DNA of 64,000 nucleotides from a virus (Duplodnaviria; Caudoviricetes): IMG/VR virus record IMGVR_UViG_2551306637_000004, positions 1 to 64,000 of that record; one strand, 5' to 3'. Shown piece by piece: positions 62,522 to 64,000 of this stretch (position 1 is its first letter; each line of letters starts with the position of its first letter). The notes under the pieces were generated by a model. It saw only the letters and a program-made list of their open reading frames with translations, ran no database searches and was not told where the DNA came from. The position numbers and the translations under genes were made by a program.

Positions 62522-64000
62522 ATGGACAAGGATCGCAAAGTCCTTGTCGATGCGCGCAACATCGACGCTCTCCTTCCGCAGATCATCGCGGAAGTAGCGT
62601 CGGCCGGATTTATCGGTTTCGACATCGAGACCGAGGACTCGCGCAGGCATGCAGGCCTCGCCGAGATCATGAAGGTCGACGACGAGGGCAGGGGGACGAA
62701 CAAGAAGCTCATCTTCGACACGAACCGCACGACCGTGTGTGGCTTTTCGGTCTACCCGGATGGTAACCATCTCGGCTACTACGTCAACCTCGCGCACGCC
62801 GACGCCGAGAACCGTGTGCCCTGGGAGGTCGCGCGCCAGATTCTCGACGCCCGCCAACCGGACTCTTTCTTCATCATCCACAACGCTCAGTTTGAGTGGG
62901 TCATGATGATGAAGTCGCTCGGCTTCGACATTCCGGAAGATCGCGTCATCTGCTCGTTGCAGCTTTGCGTGTCGGCGTATTCGCCCGACACGTACTTCCG
63001 CGACAAGTTCATGGAGTCGGGTCTCGGCGGCATCGAGAAGATCCTGCCTGTGGTTGCTCGTGTGTTTTCTGGCTACCAACCGGGTCAAGATCTGAACTCC
63101 GAGCAAGAAGAACTGTTGCAGAAGGTCATCGGCAAGGAGTCGAAGGCCGCGCATAGCTGGAATGGCTACGTCGACTCGATGCGGATCGGCTACGACCTGA
63201 AGCGTGCCGTGAAGAGCTGGTTCGGCTACGCGATGGCCACGTTCGAAGAGACGCTGGGCGAAGAAGTCCACATGGGCATGCTGACCGGCGAGGAAGTCTA
63301 CGAGTACGGCGTGGACGATGCCTACTGGTGTGTTCAGCTGTTCCACCGTGTGCTTCAGCACATGATGGAGACCAACCCAGCGGTCTTCAGCACGTTCATG
63401 GAACAGGAGATGCCGTTCGTTCGCATCGCGGCCGAGACGTGGGGTCACGGCATCAAGCTGAACGGGCCGGCTGTGCTGCGTCGGCGGGACGAAGAGCGTG
63501 CCAACGAGGCCGCGTGCCTGCGCAAGATGAAGGCTGCGGTGCGCGCGATGCTGCCGTTCCCGGACGAGCCGCACGACAAGCTGCTGAAGTATGACAAGTG
63601 GTACGCGAAGTGGCAGACGTATCGCGCTCAGATCGAGAAGTGGGCGAACTCGTCGAACAGCGACGATGACTTCATTCAGTGCATGCAGACACGCGGCCCG
63701 GTTTCGAACGCGTGGGCGCTGGAGCGCAAGGTGCGCGAATCGACGGGCGTCAACCTTGTCCACTACATGCCGATGCGGACGATCATCTACGACCTGATGC
63801 GCGGCTCCTACATGCAGTCCAACGGCAAGACGCAAAGCGATGGCGACTGCCGCGAAGAGCTGAAGCGCCGCTGGATCAAACGTCACCGCGACGCCGGTCT
63901 GGAGATCGACGATAACGGCGAAGTGGCACCGGCGCTGAAGCTGGGCGTGACGCTGAACAAGCGTATGCAGATCGACCACTTCGAAGCCGGCATGATGATC
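62522..64000 (+). CDS. Family A DNA polymerase (N-terminal 3'-5' exonuclease), truncated by the window edge
   Basis: Hand-translated from ATG 62522: MDKDRKVLV..GFDIETED (ExoI), IHNAQFE (ExoII), YGVDD (ExoIII); absent from the ORF track, consistent with no stop before the window edge. Confidence 0.85.
   Translation, partial: MDKDRKVLVDARNIDALLPQIIAEVASAGFIGFDIETEDSRRHAGLAEIMKVDDEGRGTNKKLIFDTNRTTVCGFSVYPDGNHLGYYVNLAHADAENRVPWEVARQILDARQPDSFFIIHNAQFEWVMMMKSLGFDIPEDRVICSLQLCVSAYSPDTYFRDKFMESGLGGIEKILPVVARVFSGYQPGQDLNSEQEELLQKVIGKESKAAHSWNGYVDSMRIGYDLKRAVKSWFGYAMATFEETLGEEVHMGMLTGEEVYEYGVDDAYWCVQLFHRVLQHMMETNPAVFSTFMEQEMPFVRIAAETWGHGIKLNGPAVLRRRDEERANEAACLRKMKAAVRAMLPFPDEPHDKLLKYDKWYAKWQTYRAQIEKWANSSNSDDDFIQCMQTRGPVSNAWALERKVRESTGVNLVHYMPMRTIIYDLMRGSYMQSNGKTQSDGDCREELKRRWIKRHRDAGLEIDDNGEVAPALKLGVTLNKRMQIDHFEAGMMI

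Noticed and set aside
2874-63979. Many long antisense or alternate-frame ORFs (e.g. 2874-4400, 4677-6140, 7875-9368, 31893-33416, 62354-63979)
   Set aside because: Shadow ORFs of GC-rich coding strands; they have no motifs and lie opposite well-supported genes.
1-64000. Integrase, att sites, tRNA, rRNA
   Set aside because: No tyrosine or serine recombinase motifs, cloverleafs or rRNA-like sequence recognised; temperate status is inferred only from the AlpA-like gene and morons.

Overview
The whole window looks like one tailed-phage or prophage genome segment (long-tailed siphovirus type). It is GC-rich, with codon usage suggestive of a Burkholderiales-like host (inference). The minus strand from about 35.1 kb down to 1.4 kb carries the late genes: GpA-like terminase, portal, protease/scaffold, decoration and major capsid proteins, head-tail genes, tail tube, a frameshifted tail chaperone, a 1952-aa tape measure with a lytic transglycosylase domain, and a lambda-like tail tip (M/L/NlpC/JAB/I/J-like). 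These are followed by a tail-fibre operon, a GH19 lysis cassette with nested spanins, and a second adhesin module (GH8-like and SPRY proteins). The plus strand from 35.3 kb carries a primase-helicase, about 45 small early/accessory genes, a Spo11/TopoVI-A-like protein, an SF2 helicase, a 5'-3' exonuclease and a family A DNA polymerase that runs off the right edge. An AbiJ/HEPN-like defence gene and an AlpA-like gene sit at the left edge. No integrase, tRNA, rRNA or CRISPR array was recognised. The strongest candidate for a new system is a translationally coupled operon: a tail fibre ending in NCNCNCACT fused to a cleavage-type Hint domain, an unknown protein, a radical SAM/SPASM enzyme and a coiled-coil protein. 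This suggests RiPP-like post-translational modification of a virion fibre tip. The genome also carries several dispersed cis-element families: hairpins with CCACCAC loops at translation starts, GGTTCAAnTTGAACC palindromes, and CTAT-N3-ATAG palindromes. All calls come from motif recognition by eye; no database searches were run.
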